From the NCBI RefSeq assembly GCF_039654945.1, contig NW_027361727.1:20708001-20772000 (forward strand): DNA of 64,000 nucleotides, read 5' to 3'. The first letter of the stretch is position 1, and the number at the start of each line of letters is the position of its first letter. Shown here piece by piece: positions 51,932 to 64,000 of this stretch. A program made the translations under genes and the position numbers. The notes under the pieces are model-generated. The model saw only the letters and a program-made list of their open reading frames with translations. It was not told the origin of the DNA and ran no database searches. This stretch comes from Dendrobates tinctorius (taxonomy: Eukaryota).

Positions 51932-54900
51932 CACAGCTCCGCCGACAGACCTGCAGTACCCGACCGTGGACACAGCTCCACCAACAGACCTGCAGTACCC
52001 GACCGTGAACACAGCTCCACCGACAAACCTGCAGTACCCGACCGTGGACACAGCTCCACCGACAAACCTGCAGTACCCGACTGTGAACACAGCTCCACCA
52101 ACAGACCTGCAGTACCCGACCGTGGACACAGCTCCACCAACAGACCTGCAGTACCCGACCGTGGACACAGCTCCACCGACAAACCTGCAGTACCCGACTG
52201 TGAACACAGCTCCACCAACAGACCTGCAGTACCCGACCGTGGACACAGCTCCACCGACAGACCTGCAGTACCCGACCGTGGACACAGCTCCACCAACAGA
52301 CCTGCAGTACCCAACCGTGAACACAGCTCCACCAACAGACCTGCAGTACCCGACCGTGGACACAGCTCCACCGACAGACCTGCAGTACCCGACCGTGGAC
52401 ACAGCTCCACCGACAGACCTGCAGTACCCGACCGTGGACATAGCTCCACCGACAGACCTGCAGTACCCGACCATGGACAATGCTCTGCCGACAGACCTGC
52501 AATACCCGACCTTGGACACAGCTCCGCCGACAGACCTGCAGTACCCGACCGTGGACACAGCTCCGCCGACAGACGTGCAGTGCCCGACAATGGACACAGC
52601 TTCGCCGACAGATGTGCAGTACCCGACCGAGGACACTGCTCCGCTGACAGACCTGCAGTACCCGACCGAGGACACTGCTCCGCTGACAGACCTGCAGTAC
52701 CCGACCGTGGACACAGCTCCGCGGACAGACCTGCAGTACCCGACCTTGGACACAGCTCCACCAACAGACCTGCAGTACCCGACCGTGGACACAGCTCCGC
52801 CGACAAATCTGCAGTACCCGACCGTGGACACAGCTCTGCCGACAAACCTGCAGTACCCGACCGTGGACACAGCTCCGCGGACAGACCTGCAGTACCCGAC
52901 CTTGGACACAGCTCCGCTGACAGACCTGCAGTACCCGTCTGTGGACACAGCTATGCCGACAGACGTGCAGTACCTGACCGAGGGCACAGCTCCGCCGACA
53001 GACGTGCAGTACCTGACCGAGGGCACAGCTCCGCCGACAGACCTGCAGTACCCGACCGAGGACACAGCTCCACCGACAGACCTGCAGTACCCGACCTTGG
53101 ACACAGCTCCGCTGACAGACCTGCAGTACCCGACTGTGGACACAGCTCTGCCGACAGACGTGCAGTACCTGACCGAGGGCACAGCTCCGCCGACAGACGT
53201 GCAGTACCTGACCGAGGGCACAGCTCCGCCGACAGACCTGCAGTACCCGACCGAGGACACAGCTCCGCTGACAGACCTGCAGTACCTGACCGAGGACACA
53301 GCTCCACCGACAGACCTGCAGTACCCGACCGAGGACACAGCTCCGCTGACAGACCTGCAGTACCCGACCGTGAACACAGCTCCACCGACAAACCTGCAGT
53401 ACCCGACCGTGGATACAGCTCTGCCGACAGACGTGCAGTACCTGACCGAGGGCACAGCTCCGCCGACAGACCTGCAGTACCCGACCGAGGACACAGCTCC
53501 ACCGACAAACCTGCAGTACCTGACCGAGGACACAGCTCCACCGACAGACCTGCAGTACCCGACCGTGGACACAGCTCCACCGACAGACCTGCAGTACCCG
53601 ACCGAGGACACAGCTCCACCAACAGACCTGAAGTACCCGAACGTGGAAACAGCTCCACCAACAGACCTGCAGTACCCGACCGTGGACACAGCTCCACCAA
53701 CAGACCTGCAGTACCCGACCGTGAACACAGCTCCACCAACAGACCTGCAGTACCCGACCGTGGACACAGCTCCACCAACAGACCTGCAGTACCCGACCGT
53801 GGACACAGCTCCACCGACAGACCTGCAGTACCTGACCGAGGGCACAGCTCCGCCGACAGACCTGCAGTACCCGACCGAGGACACAGCTCCGCTGACAGAC
53901 CTGCAGTACCTGACCGAGGACACAGCTCCACCGACAGACCTGCAGTACCCGACCGAGGACACAGCTCCGCTGACAGACCTGCAGTACCCGACCGTGAACA
54001 CAGCTCCACCGACAAACCTGCAGTACCCGACCGTGAACACAGCTCCACCAACAGACCTGCAGTACCCGACCGTGGACACAGCTCCACCAACAGACGTGCA
54101 GTACCTGACCGAGGGCACAGCTCCGCCGACAGACGTGCAGTACCTGACCGAGGGCACAGCTCCGCCGACAGACCTGCAGTACCCGACCGAGGACACAGCT
54201 CCGCTGACAGACCTGCAGTACCTGACCGAGGACACAGCTCCACCGACAGACCTGCAGTACCCGACCGAGGACACTGCTCCGCTGACAGACCTGCAGTACC
54301 CGACCGAGGACACAGCTCCGCTGACAGACCTGCAGTACCCGACCGTGAACACAGCTCCACCGACAAACCTGCAGTACCCGACCGTGGATACAGCTCTGCC
54401 GACAGACGTGCAGTACCTGACCGAGGGCACAGCTCCGCCGACAGACCTGCAGTACCCGACCGAGGACACAGCTCCACCGACAAACCTGCAGTACCTGACC
54501 GAGGACACAGCTCCACCGACAGACCTGCAGTACCCGACCGTGGACACAGCTCCACCGACAGACCTGCAGTACCCGACCGAGGACACAGCTCCACCAACAG
54601 ACCTGAAGTACCCGAACGTGGAAACAGCTCCACCAACAGACCTGCAGTACCCGACCGTGGACACAGCTCCACCAACAGACCTGCAGTACCCGACCGTGAA
54701 CACAGCTCCACCAACAGACCTGCAGTACCCGACCGTGAACACAGCTCCACCAACAGACCTGCAGTACCCGACCGTGGACACAGCTCCACCAACAGACCTG
54801 CAGTACCCGACCGTGGACACAGCTCCACCGACAGATGTGCAGTATCTGACTGAGGACACAGCTCCGCTGACAAACCTGCAGTACCTGACCGAGGACATAG

Positions 54901-54945
54901 CTCCACCGACAAACCTGCAGTACCCGACCATGGACAATGCTCCGG
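51932..54945 (+). repeat. 39-bp minisatellite, about 77 copies
   Basis: Unit GACACAGCTCCACCGACAGACCTGCAGTACCCGACCGTG with interspersed variants. Confidence 0.97.
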
Positions 54946-55056
54946 TGACGCCGCTGTGCTGTGGGTGTCGGTGACTGAGCAGCTCCGGCCAACACCAGGG
55001 AAGAGCTAACAGCCAAGATGGCGGGTGTAACCAGTGTTAAAGATGGGTTATCAATG

Positions 55057-55320
55057 TTAACCCCTTAATGACCGGGCCACTTTTGACCTTAATGACCAAG
55101 CCAATTTTTACATTTCTGACCACTGTCCCTTTTGAGGTTATGGCTCTGGAACGCTTCAATGGATCCTGCTGATTATGACATTGTTTTTCGTGACATATTG
55201 TGCTTAATGATAGTGGTAAAATTTCTTTGGTATGCGTTTATTTCTGAAACAAAACAAGAAATTTGCCAAAAAAATTTTGAAATTTGGCAATTTTCAAACT
55301 TTGATTTTTTTTTTTTTTTG
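55057..55320 (+). mobile_element. Probable piggyBac-like terminal fragment
   Basis: TTAA|CCCCTTAATGACC start with a repeated CCTTAATGACC subterminal motif. Confidence 0.45.
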
Positions 55321-55467
55321 TGCCCATACATCTGTAAAAACCGACCCGAATCACGTTCCCTGGAGATTTTCTAACGCTGGGGGCGCTACCCACTTATTTC
55401 TTAGCGCCGTTAAAGTCCTGGACAACCGCTTTAAAGGGAAGGTGAGGAGCCGTGGCATCATAGTGTC

Positions 55468-58088
55468 ACCCCCACACTGTGCACCTCCATCCCACCCACT
55501 GCCCCCACACTGTGTACCTCCATCCCACCCACTGCCCCCACACTGTGCACCTCCATCCCACCCCCACACTGTGCACCTCCTTCCCACCCACTGCCCCCAC
55601 ACTGTGCACCTCCATCCCACCCACTGCCCCCACACTGTGCACCTCCATCCCACCCACTGCCCCCACACTGTGCACCTCCATCCCACCCACTGCCCCACAC
55701 TGCACCTCCTTCCCACCCACTGCCCCCACCCTGTGCACCTCCATCCCACCCACTGCCCCCACACTGTGCACCTCCTTCCCACCCACTGCCCCCACACTGT
55801 GCACCTCCATCCCACCCACTGCCCCCACACTGTGCACCTCCTTCCCACCCACTGTGCACCTCCATCCCACCCACTGCCCCCACACTGTGCACCTCCATCC
55901 CACCCACTGCCCCCACACTGTGCACCTCCATCCCACCCACTGCCCCCACACTGTGCACCTCCTTCCCACCCACTGTCCCCACACTGTGCACCTCCATCCC
56001 ACCCACTGCCCCCACACTGTGCACCTCCTTCCCACCCACTGCCCCCACACTGTGCACCTCCATCCCACCCACTGCCCCCACACTGTGCACCTCCTTCCCA
56101 CCCACTGCCCCCACACTGTGCACCTCCATCCCACCCACTGCCCCCACACTGTGCACCTCCATCCCACCCACTGCTCCCACACTGTGCACCTCCATCCCAC
56201 CCACTGCCCCCACACTGTGCACCTCCTTCCCACCCACTGCCCCCACACTGTGCACCTCCATCCCACCCACTGCCCCCACACTGTGCACCTCCATCCCACC
56301 CACTGCCCCCACACTGTGCACCTCCTTCCCACCCACTGCCCCCACACTGTGCACCTCCTTCCCACCCACTGCCCCCACACTGTGCACCTCCTTCCCACCC
56401 ACTGCCCCCACACTGTGCACCTCCATCCCACCCACTGCCCCCACACTGTGCACCTCCATCCCACCCACTGCCCCCACACTGTGCACCTCCTTCCCACCCA
56501 CTGCCCCCACACTGTGCACCTCCTTCCCACCCACTGCCCCCACACTGTGCACCTCCATCCCACCCACTGCCCCCACACTGTGCACCTCCATCCCACCCAC
56601 TGCCCCCACACTGTGCACCTCCTTCCCACCCACTGCCCCCACACTGTGCACCTCCTTCCCACCCACTGCCCCCACACTGTGCACCTCCTTCCCACCCACT
56701 GCCCCCACACTGTGCACCTCCATCCCACCCACTGCCCCCACACTGTGCACCTCCATCCCACCCACTGCCCCCACACTGTGCACCTCCTTCCCACCCACTG
56801 CCCCCACACTGTGCACCTCCATCCCACCCACTGCCCCCACACTGTGCACCTCCTTCCCACCCACTGCCCCCACACTGTGCACCTCCATCCCACCCACTGC
56901 CCCCACACTGTGCACCTCCATCCCACCCACTGCTCCCACACTGTGCACCTCCATCCCACCCACTGCCCCCACACTGTGCACCTCCTTCCCACCCACTGCC
57001 CCCACACTGTGCACCTCCATCCCACCCACTGCCCCCACACTGTGCACCTCCATCCCACCCACTGCCCCCACACTGTGCACCTCCTTCCCACCCACTGCCC
57101 CCACACTGTGCACCTCCTTCCCACCCACTGCCCCCACACTGTGCACCTCCTTCCCACCCACTGCCCCCACACTGTGCACCTCCATCCCACCCACTGCCCC
57201 CACACTGTGCACCTCCATCCCACCCACTGCCCCCACACTGTGCACCTCCTTCCCACCCACTGCCCCCACACTGTGCACCTCCTTCCCACCCACTGCCCCC
57301 ACACTGTGCACCTCCATCCCACCCACTGCCCCCACACTGTGCACCTCCATCCCACCCACTGCCCCCACACTGTGCACCTCCTTCCCACCCACTGCCCCCA
57401 CACTGTGCACCTCCTTCCCACCCACTGCCCCCACACTGTGCACCTCCTTCCCACCCACTGCCCCCACACTGTGCACCTCCATCCCACCCACTGCCCCCAC
57501 ACTGTGCACCTCCATCCCACCCACTGCCCCCACACTGTGCACCTCCTTCCCACCCACTGCCCCCACACTGTGCACCTCCTTCCCACCCACTGCCCCCACA
57601 CTGTGCACCTCCATCCCACCCACTGCCCCCACACTGTGCACCTCCATCCCACCCACTGCCCTCACACTGTGCACCTCCTTCCCACCCACTGCCCCCACAC
57701 TGTGCACCTCCTTCCCACCCACTGCCCCCACACTGTGCACCTCCTTCCCACCCACTGCCCCCACACTGTGCACCTCCATCCCACCCACTGCCCCCACACT
57801 GTGCACCTCCATCCCACCCACTGCCCCCACACTGTGCACCTCCTTCCCACCCACTGCCCCCACACTGTGCACCTCCTTCCCACCCACTGCCCCCACACTG
57901 TGCACCTCCATCCCACCCACTGCCCCCACACTGTGCACCTCCTTCCCACCCACTGCCCCCACACTGTGCACCTCCTTCCCACCCACTGCCCCCACACTGT
58001 GCACCTCCATCCCACCCACTGCCCCCACACTGTGCACCTCCATCCCACCCACTGCCCCCACACTGTGCACCTCCTTCCCACCCACTGC
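55468..58088 (+). repeat. 33-bp C-rich minisatellite, about 79 copies
   Basis: Unit CCCACACTGTGCACCTCC(A/T)TCCCACCCACTGCC. Confidence 0.97.
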
Positions 58089-58597
58089 TGTCCCCTTTCT
58101 GACTGGCGTTTCCGAGGTGAGTGGAGCCTGTGGCAGTCATCTGCCCCCTAATTACTTGTGGAGGCTCCCCGGTGACGCTGCTGACTGACGTGTCACACAT
58201 GAAGCAGTGTTCGTGTCCCAGCGACATGGATGTTCGCCGGGATAAACGTCTGCACACGGCGGCTCCTGCCTGTGACGCTGTGGAGCCGCCATTCTGTAGA
58301 GCCCTCCCGACCGCGCATATCAACTTCTACATTGATTCTGTGCGCAGTATTTTCGCAGCATGGGGGCGAGATTTCCTGCACTCTCACTTTGCTGGCTACT
58401 GAATTTGCCGTCGAATTTCCATGCAGACGAGCCACACAGAAATCACTTTTTGTCTCCCTCAGGCAACACCACACCTATTTTTTCAAAGTGTCTGAAATAA
58501 AAACTGTATTTAAAATCTTTTATTTTTAAATTGTAAAACATTTTCATGTTACATGTGCCAACCATTATGACTGTGACATGCCTTATATTATATACAT

Positions 58598-58870
58598 GAG
58601 GCAGAAATGCGCGCTCCTGAATGCGCGCTCCTGAATGCGCGCCTGCCTCAGGAACTGAGCGCGCTCCTAATTGCACCGCCTTCACTGCCCTGATGACCCA
58701 ATCAGCGCTGCAGCTCCCAAAGACTGCCCCTCCCCGGACACACCCTCTACAACCTTCCCCTGCGATTTACCGCTGTCTGTGGAGTTTTGCCTCTAGAAAG
58801 ATGGCGGCTACTTTGCTTCCTTTTCCGATGTGCGCGGCGGAAGTGATTTCAGCAGGAAAGATGGCGGAGA
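58598..58870 (+). promoter_or_regulatory. TTC17 proximal promoter
   Basis: CpG-rich, with TGCGCGC repeats, CCAAT (about 58698), YY1-type AAGATGGCGG at both ATGs (58798, 58858) and ETS-type GCGGAAGT (about 58837). Confidence 0.6.
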
Positions 58871-59040
58871 GCAGGAGCGGGCCGCAGTGCCCCCCCGACA
58901 ACGGAGCGCGGGCGGCCGCCGTCAGGAGCCCTCAGGGCTGGGCCTATGTCCTAGGACTTTTCTCTCTGCTCTGTACAGTGGGGCCCTCGGGGGCCACAAC
59001 ACACTGGGTGGTGACTGAGGACGGCAAGATCCAGCAGCAG
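58801..59040 (+). CDS. TTC17: Tetratricopeptide repeat protein 17, first coding exon (start at ATG 58801 or in-frame ATG 58861)
   Basis: Encodes ...WAYVLGLFSLLCTVGPSGATTHWVVTEDGKIQQQ followed by a GTAAC donor at 59041. ATTHWVVTEDGKIQQQ is the conserved TTC17 N-terminal motif, and TTC17 follows API5 in human. Confidence 0.93.
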
Positions 59041-59048
59041 GTAACAGG

Positions 59049-60030
59049 GCGCTGACAGGAGGAGGGAAGGGGGCGCAGCGCGCTGACAGGAGGAGGGAAG
59101 GGGGCGCAGCGCGCTGACAGGAGGAGGGAAGGGGGCGCAGCGCGCTGACAGGAGGAGGGAAGGGGGCGCAGCGCGCTGACAGGAGGAGGGAAGGGGGCGC
59201 AGCGCGCTGACAGGAGGAGGGAAGGGGGCGCAGCGCGCTGACAGGAGGAGGGAAGGGGGCGCAGCGCGCTGACAGGAGGAGGGAAGGGGGCGCAGCGCGC
59301 TGACAGGAGGAGGCAAGGGGGCGCAGCGCGCTGACAGGAGGAGGGAAGGGGGCGCAGCGCGCTGACAGGAGGAGGGAAGGGGGCGCAGCGCGCTGACAGG
59401 AGGAGGGAAGGGGGCGCAGCGCGCTGACAGGAGGAGGGAAGGGGGCGCAGCGCGCTGACAGGAGGAGGGAAGGGGGCGCAGCGCGCTGACAGGAGGAGGG
59501 AAGGGGGCGCAGCGCGCTGACAGGAGGAGGGAAGGGGGCGCAGCGCGCTGACAGGAGGAGGGAAGGGGGCGCAGCGCGCTGACAGGAGGAGGGAAGGGGG
59601 CGCAGCGCGCTGACAGGAGGAGGGAAGGGGGCGCAGCGCGCTGACAGGAGGAGGGAAGGGGGCGCAGCGCGCTGACAGGAGGAGGGAAGGGGGCGCAGCG
59701 CGCTGACAGGAGGAGGGAAGGGGGCGCAGCGCGCTGACAGGAGGAGGGAAGGGGGCGCAGCGCGCTGAGAGGAGGAGGGAAGGGGGCGCAGCGCGCTGAG
59801 AGGAGGCGGGAAGGGGGCGCAGCGCGCTGAGAGGAGGCGGGAAGGGGGCGCAGCGCGCTGAGAGGAGGCGGGAAGGGGGCGCAGCGCGCTGAGAGGAGGC
59901 GGGAAGGGGGCGCAGCGCGCTGAGAGGAGGAGGGAAGGGGGCGCAGCGCGCTGAGAGGAGGAGGGAAGGGGGCGCAGCGCGCTGAGAGGAGGAGGGAAGG
60001 GGGCGCAGCGCGCTGACAGGAGGAGGGGGG
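59049..60030 (+). repeat. 31-bp G-rich CpG minisatellite directly after the TTC17 exon 1 donor, about 32 copies
   Basis: Unit GCGCTGACAGGAGGAGGGAAGGGGGCGCAGC. Confidence 0.97.
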
Positions 60031-60762
60031 GGTCACGTGCCGACTAGATTCTCCTACGATATTTCTGTATTTCTGAATGTTTTAGAAGAGAAGTTCAGGA
60101 GATTGTAGTTAACATGTCACATACATGTGTTTGGGCTGCAATAACAGGAGCTTCATGTCATTGTGCGCATAGCATATTGTGGTTTGATGGAGCTCGACCA
60201 GTGGAAGGAGAGGAGTTAAATCATAACACCGGTGAGCTCTCTTAAACCCATTGATGTGTATACATCAGTTAGCTGCTCACTTCCTCCCTCCCCTCCCTTT
60301 TGGCTCCTGACAAGCTGCTGATATAAATCCTGCAACAATCACCAACCCCCAGCATTGGTTTCTCAAAATGCAGTTATTCTAATTACTGCTCTCACTGTCC
60401 CGAGCTGTGTGCATCTTCAAATGCTCTGTTCTGTCTATATGCAAATATAGTGATACCACTGTACACTCCAGAAGAAACTGCTTATAGTGGCAGAAACTGT
60501 GCTGAGTCTTCTAGTTCTACTAATACTACAGCTCTGCTACTTACCAGTACTGTCACTGAAGTAGGAGTGCCTGCCTCCTCCATCACCTCAAACCCCAGAA
60601 ACTATGAAGTGAAGAGACTGAAAAGCAGTGTGCTGCTCAAGAGACAACTTGAGAATAGCTCTTTAATTTCTTTTTAAAAAAAAAAAGTTTATTATTTCCT
60701 TGTTTTCAGCTTGAATTGTATCTTTAAGATCTGCCATTTTTAAATTTTTTTCACGACTTTAA

Positions 60763-61255
60763 AGGGAATCTGTCACCCCATTTTTCGAGTATCAGCTGCC
60801 GGTACCGCCATCAGGGGCTTATCTACAGCATTCTGTAATGCTGTAGATAAGCCCCCCGATGTAACCTGAAAAATGAGTTAGATTATACTCACCCAGGGGC
60901 GGTCCTGTTTTGGTCCGATGGGTGTCGCGGTCCAGTCCGGCTCCTCCCTCCGACGCCTGCGCACTGCACAGTATTCTGCTCTGCCCTCAACAGGGCAGAC
61001 AGAGCTGTGCGCCTGCGCAGGAGCCACAACAGGTAGCAAAGAAGAGGACGTCACCGTTAGAAGATGGGAGGTGCCGTACGGCAACACCCATCGAACCAAG
61101 ACCGGACCCCGCCCCTGGTGAGTATAATCTAACTCATTTTTCTTATCTTTCAGGTTACATCGGGGGCTTATCTACAGCATTACAGAATGATGTACATAAG
61201 ACCCTGATGGCGGTGCCGGCAGCTGATACTCGAAAAATGGCATGACAGATTCCCT
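60763..61255. mobile_element. Palindromic Kolobok/T2-like MITE
   Basis: TTAA|AGGGAATCTGTCA...TGACAGATTCCCT|TTAA with long inverted arms. Confidence 0.88.
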
Positions 61256-61269
61256 TTAATACTCTCCAT

Positions 61270-62256
61270 TATGTACAAGAATGTACCAGTAACTACTATA
61301 ATACTGCTCCCTATGTACAAGAATATAACTACTATAATACTGCCCCCTATGTACAAGAATATAACTACTATAATACTGCTCCCTATGTACAATAATATAA
61401 CTACTATAATACTGCTCCTATGTACAAGAATATTACTACTATAATACTGCCCCTATGTACAAGAATATAACTACTATAATACTGCCCCCTATGTACAAGA
61501 ATATAACTACTATAATACTGCTCCCTATGTACAATAATATAACTACTATAATACTGCCCCCTATGTACAAGAATATAACTACTATAATACTGCCCCCTAT
61601 GTACAAGAATATAACTACTATAATACTGCCCCCTATGTACAAGAATATAACTACTATAATACTGCCCCCTATGTACAAGAATATAACTACTATAATACTG
61701 CCCCCTATGTACAAGAATATAACTACTATAATACTGCCCCCTATGTACAAGAATATAACTACTATAATACTGCCCCCTATGTACAAGAATATAACTACTA
61801 TAATACTGCTCCCTATGTACAAGAATATAACTACTATAATACTGCCCCCTATGTACAAGAATATAACTACTATAATACTGCCCCCTATGTACAAGAATAT
61901 AACTACTATAATACTGCCCCCTATGTACAAGAATATAACTACTATAATACTGCCCCCTATGTACAAGAATATAACTACTATAATACTGCCCCCTATGTAC
62001 AAGAATATAACTACTATAATACTGCCCCCTATGTACAAGAATATAACTACTATAATACTGCCCCCTATGTACAAGAATATAACTACTATAATACTGCCCC
62101 CTATGTACAAGAATATAACTACTATAATACTGCCCCCTATGTACAAGAATATAACTACTATAAAACTGCCTCCTATGTACAAGAATATAACTACTATAAT
62201 ACTGCTCCTACCTATGTACAAGAATATAACTACTATAATACTGCCCCTATGTACAA
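61270..62256 (-). repeat. Same satellite in opposite orientation, homogeneous 39-bp units, in TTC17 intron 1
   Basis: About 25 copies of CCTATGTACAAGAATATAACTACTATAATACTGCCC[C]. Confidence 0.97.
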
Positions 62257-64000
62257 TATCACGGGGTCCTTCTCTGGTATCACACAATCAACAGAGCAGC
62301 TAAGAGTGAACAATTCCAAGACCTTTATTCAGGCAAAAATACGAAAAGATCCATATTCAGTCCACCACACAAAGGATAAGATATTCCAGAATAAGAATGC
62401 AGTCCAGTATCAGGATAAAATGTCCAGGGAAACGAGATTTCAAAACTCTAGCACCAGAGGATAAAAATGGATCCTTCTCTCTGAAATGCAGCCTTTTCAC
62501 CATCTTGTCTCTACCGGAACTGACTTGTCCAGCTGCTGTTCTTCCCCCCACCCCCTTCCTTGTCCAGGGGTAGTCAAACAAGTTGCCTCCCAGAGGAGAA
62601 CAAAAGGCCTTGGGGATTAATGCACTACAGGGGGTCATCAAGAGACAGATACAGTGAGGCTGTAGACTTACAATGTAATAAGAAAAACACTGTGAAAATA
62701 ACTGGAATTGTTAAAAATAGGAATATACAAAAAATGACATCCACATAACATATCACACCATCACAACCCCCCCCCATAATAAGTGAGCACACCATGAGGT
62801 CTACACAGACCTCTGGCCTGCTCACTTTAGTCCACATTGCTCAGTTATTTATAGTTCCTTGTACAGTGGCAGGGGTAGGTCGGCCTGGGGAGCCTATGGT
62901 TCTTCTTGTCGAGACAGTCCATCGGCGTTCTGGTGTTGGCTTCCCCGCTTGTATTGGATGGAGAAGCTGTAGGGTTGTAAGGACAAGCTCCACCGCAGCA
63001 ATCTTCCATTGTCCCCTGATACGCGATTCAGCCATGTGAGGGGGTTGTGGTCTGTAACAATTGTAAAGTCTCTGCCATACAAGTAGGGCTGCAATTTTTT
63101 TTAGCGCCCATACGATGGCAAGGCACTCCTTTTCAATAGTGGCATAGGCAACTTCCCGATCCAGTAGTTTCCGACTGGCAAAAGCAACAGGATGTTCTTC
63201 TCCGGCGGCGTTCACTTGGCTAAGTACTGCCCCAATCCCAAAGGTGGATGCATCTGTCTGCACGAGGAACCTGCGTTTATAATCTGGGGCAGCCAAGACA
63301 GGAGCAGTAACGAGGGCAGTCTTTAACGCTGAAAAGGCATCCTCGCATGCAGGCGTCCATGTCACATTCCTAGGCATGTTCTTGCGGGTCAGGTCGGTTA
63401 GGGGCTTGGCCAAGGTGCTGAAGTTAGAAACAAATTTGCGATAGTAACCAGCAGTTCCTAAAAACGCAAGTACCTGCTTTTTAGTCTGGGGTCTACACCA
63501 GATGCTAATGGCTTCCACCTTGGCAGGCTCAGGCCTTAGTGTCCCACCCCCTACTCTATGCCCGATGTACTGCACCTCAGCCATCCCTATTTGGCACTTA
63601 TCAGGGCGAATGGTCAGTCCTGCAGTAAGGATACAGTCCAGCACTATGCCCAAGTGTTTAAGATGTTCCTCCCAGGTTGTGCTAAAAATGACGATGTCGT
63701 CTAAGTAAGCACAGGCAACGTCCTGACATTGTAACAGTCGATCCAACAGTCTCTGGAAAGTAGTGGGGGCAGTTTTCATCCCAAAGGGCATTCCCAGGAA
63801 CTCATAAAGCCCAAATGGAGTATTGAAGGCTGAGCGCTCCCGAGCGTCCTCCATTAGGGGTATCTGCCAGTACCCCTTGCTCAAGTCTAACGTGGTCACA
63901 AATTGGGCACTGGCCAGACGATCCAATAGATCATCAATCCTGGGCATGGGATAAGCATCACTCTTGGTGGCATCATTTAGTCGTCTGTAATCAACGCAGA
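62257..64000 (-). mobile_element. Gypsy LTR retrotransposon, 3' part (RT-RNase H, PPT, 3' LTR about 62257-62765), Gmr1-like domain order; runs off the window
   Basis: RT (CVDYRRLN, YLDD) and RNase H (QTDAS..GAVLSQ, EKECLA, TDH, NADGLSR*) at 63947-62894 with a frameshift, then directly a G-run PPT (62766-62775) and an LTR. No integrase after RNase H. Confidence 0.85.

Noticed and set aside
55232-58323. ORFs of 700-990 aa ([22 protein letters not shown])
   Set aside because: Stop-free 33-bp repeat read in all frames, with indels at the array start and no unique domain.
58621-58800. N-terminal extension of the TTC17 ORF from ATG 58621
   Set aside because: The ATG lies within the promoter repeat, upstream of the CCAAT/YY1 region, so it is probably not in the mRNA.
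58951-60036. 361-aa minus-strand ORF
   Set aside because: Translation of the 31-bp minisatellite.
61439-62303. 282-aa ORFs on both strands (MYKNITTIILPP / GGSIIVVIFLYI repeats), and similar ones at 9771-10109 and 11469-11699
   Set aside because: By-products of 39-bp satellite units; 38-bp units elsewhere break the frame.

Overview
Vertebrate genomic DNA, most likely a frog (inferred from the repeat families and the astacin exon layout). Host genes reconstructed from splice sites: (1) a complete 14-exon API5 (+, 18058-27265, 524 aa); (2) the first coding exon of TTC17 (+, ending 59040), keeping the API5-TTC17 order known from human; (3) five 5' exons of a secreted astacin-family metalloprotease (-, 17085-13830), head-to-head with API5 and missed by the ORF track, with its catalytic exon not found in the window; (4) an intron-retaining, disabled 3' fragment of NUP160 (+, 44894-51307). 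Mobile DNA: a full-length DIRS1-type element (32302-44008) whose recombinase is split by a chromovirus LTR retrotransposon (36971-42826, TSD TCAAG) with a self-priming PBS; a Gmr1-like Gypsy at the right edge; a truncated L2/CR1-type LINE; two further LTRs; Penelope-like palindromes with hammerhead-like cores; several MITEs. Tandem repeats have 38-39, 58, 39, 33 and 31 bp units and account for most long ORFs in the track. The most unusual structure is an inverted copy of the TTC17 upstream region about 70 bp before the first NUP160 pseudo-exon. No previously undescribed system can be proven from sequence alone.
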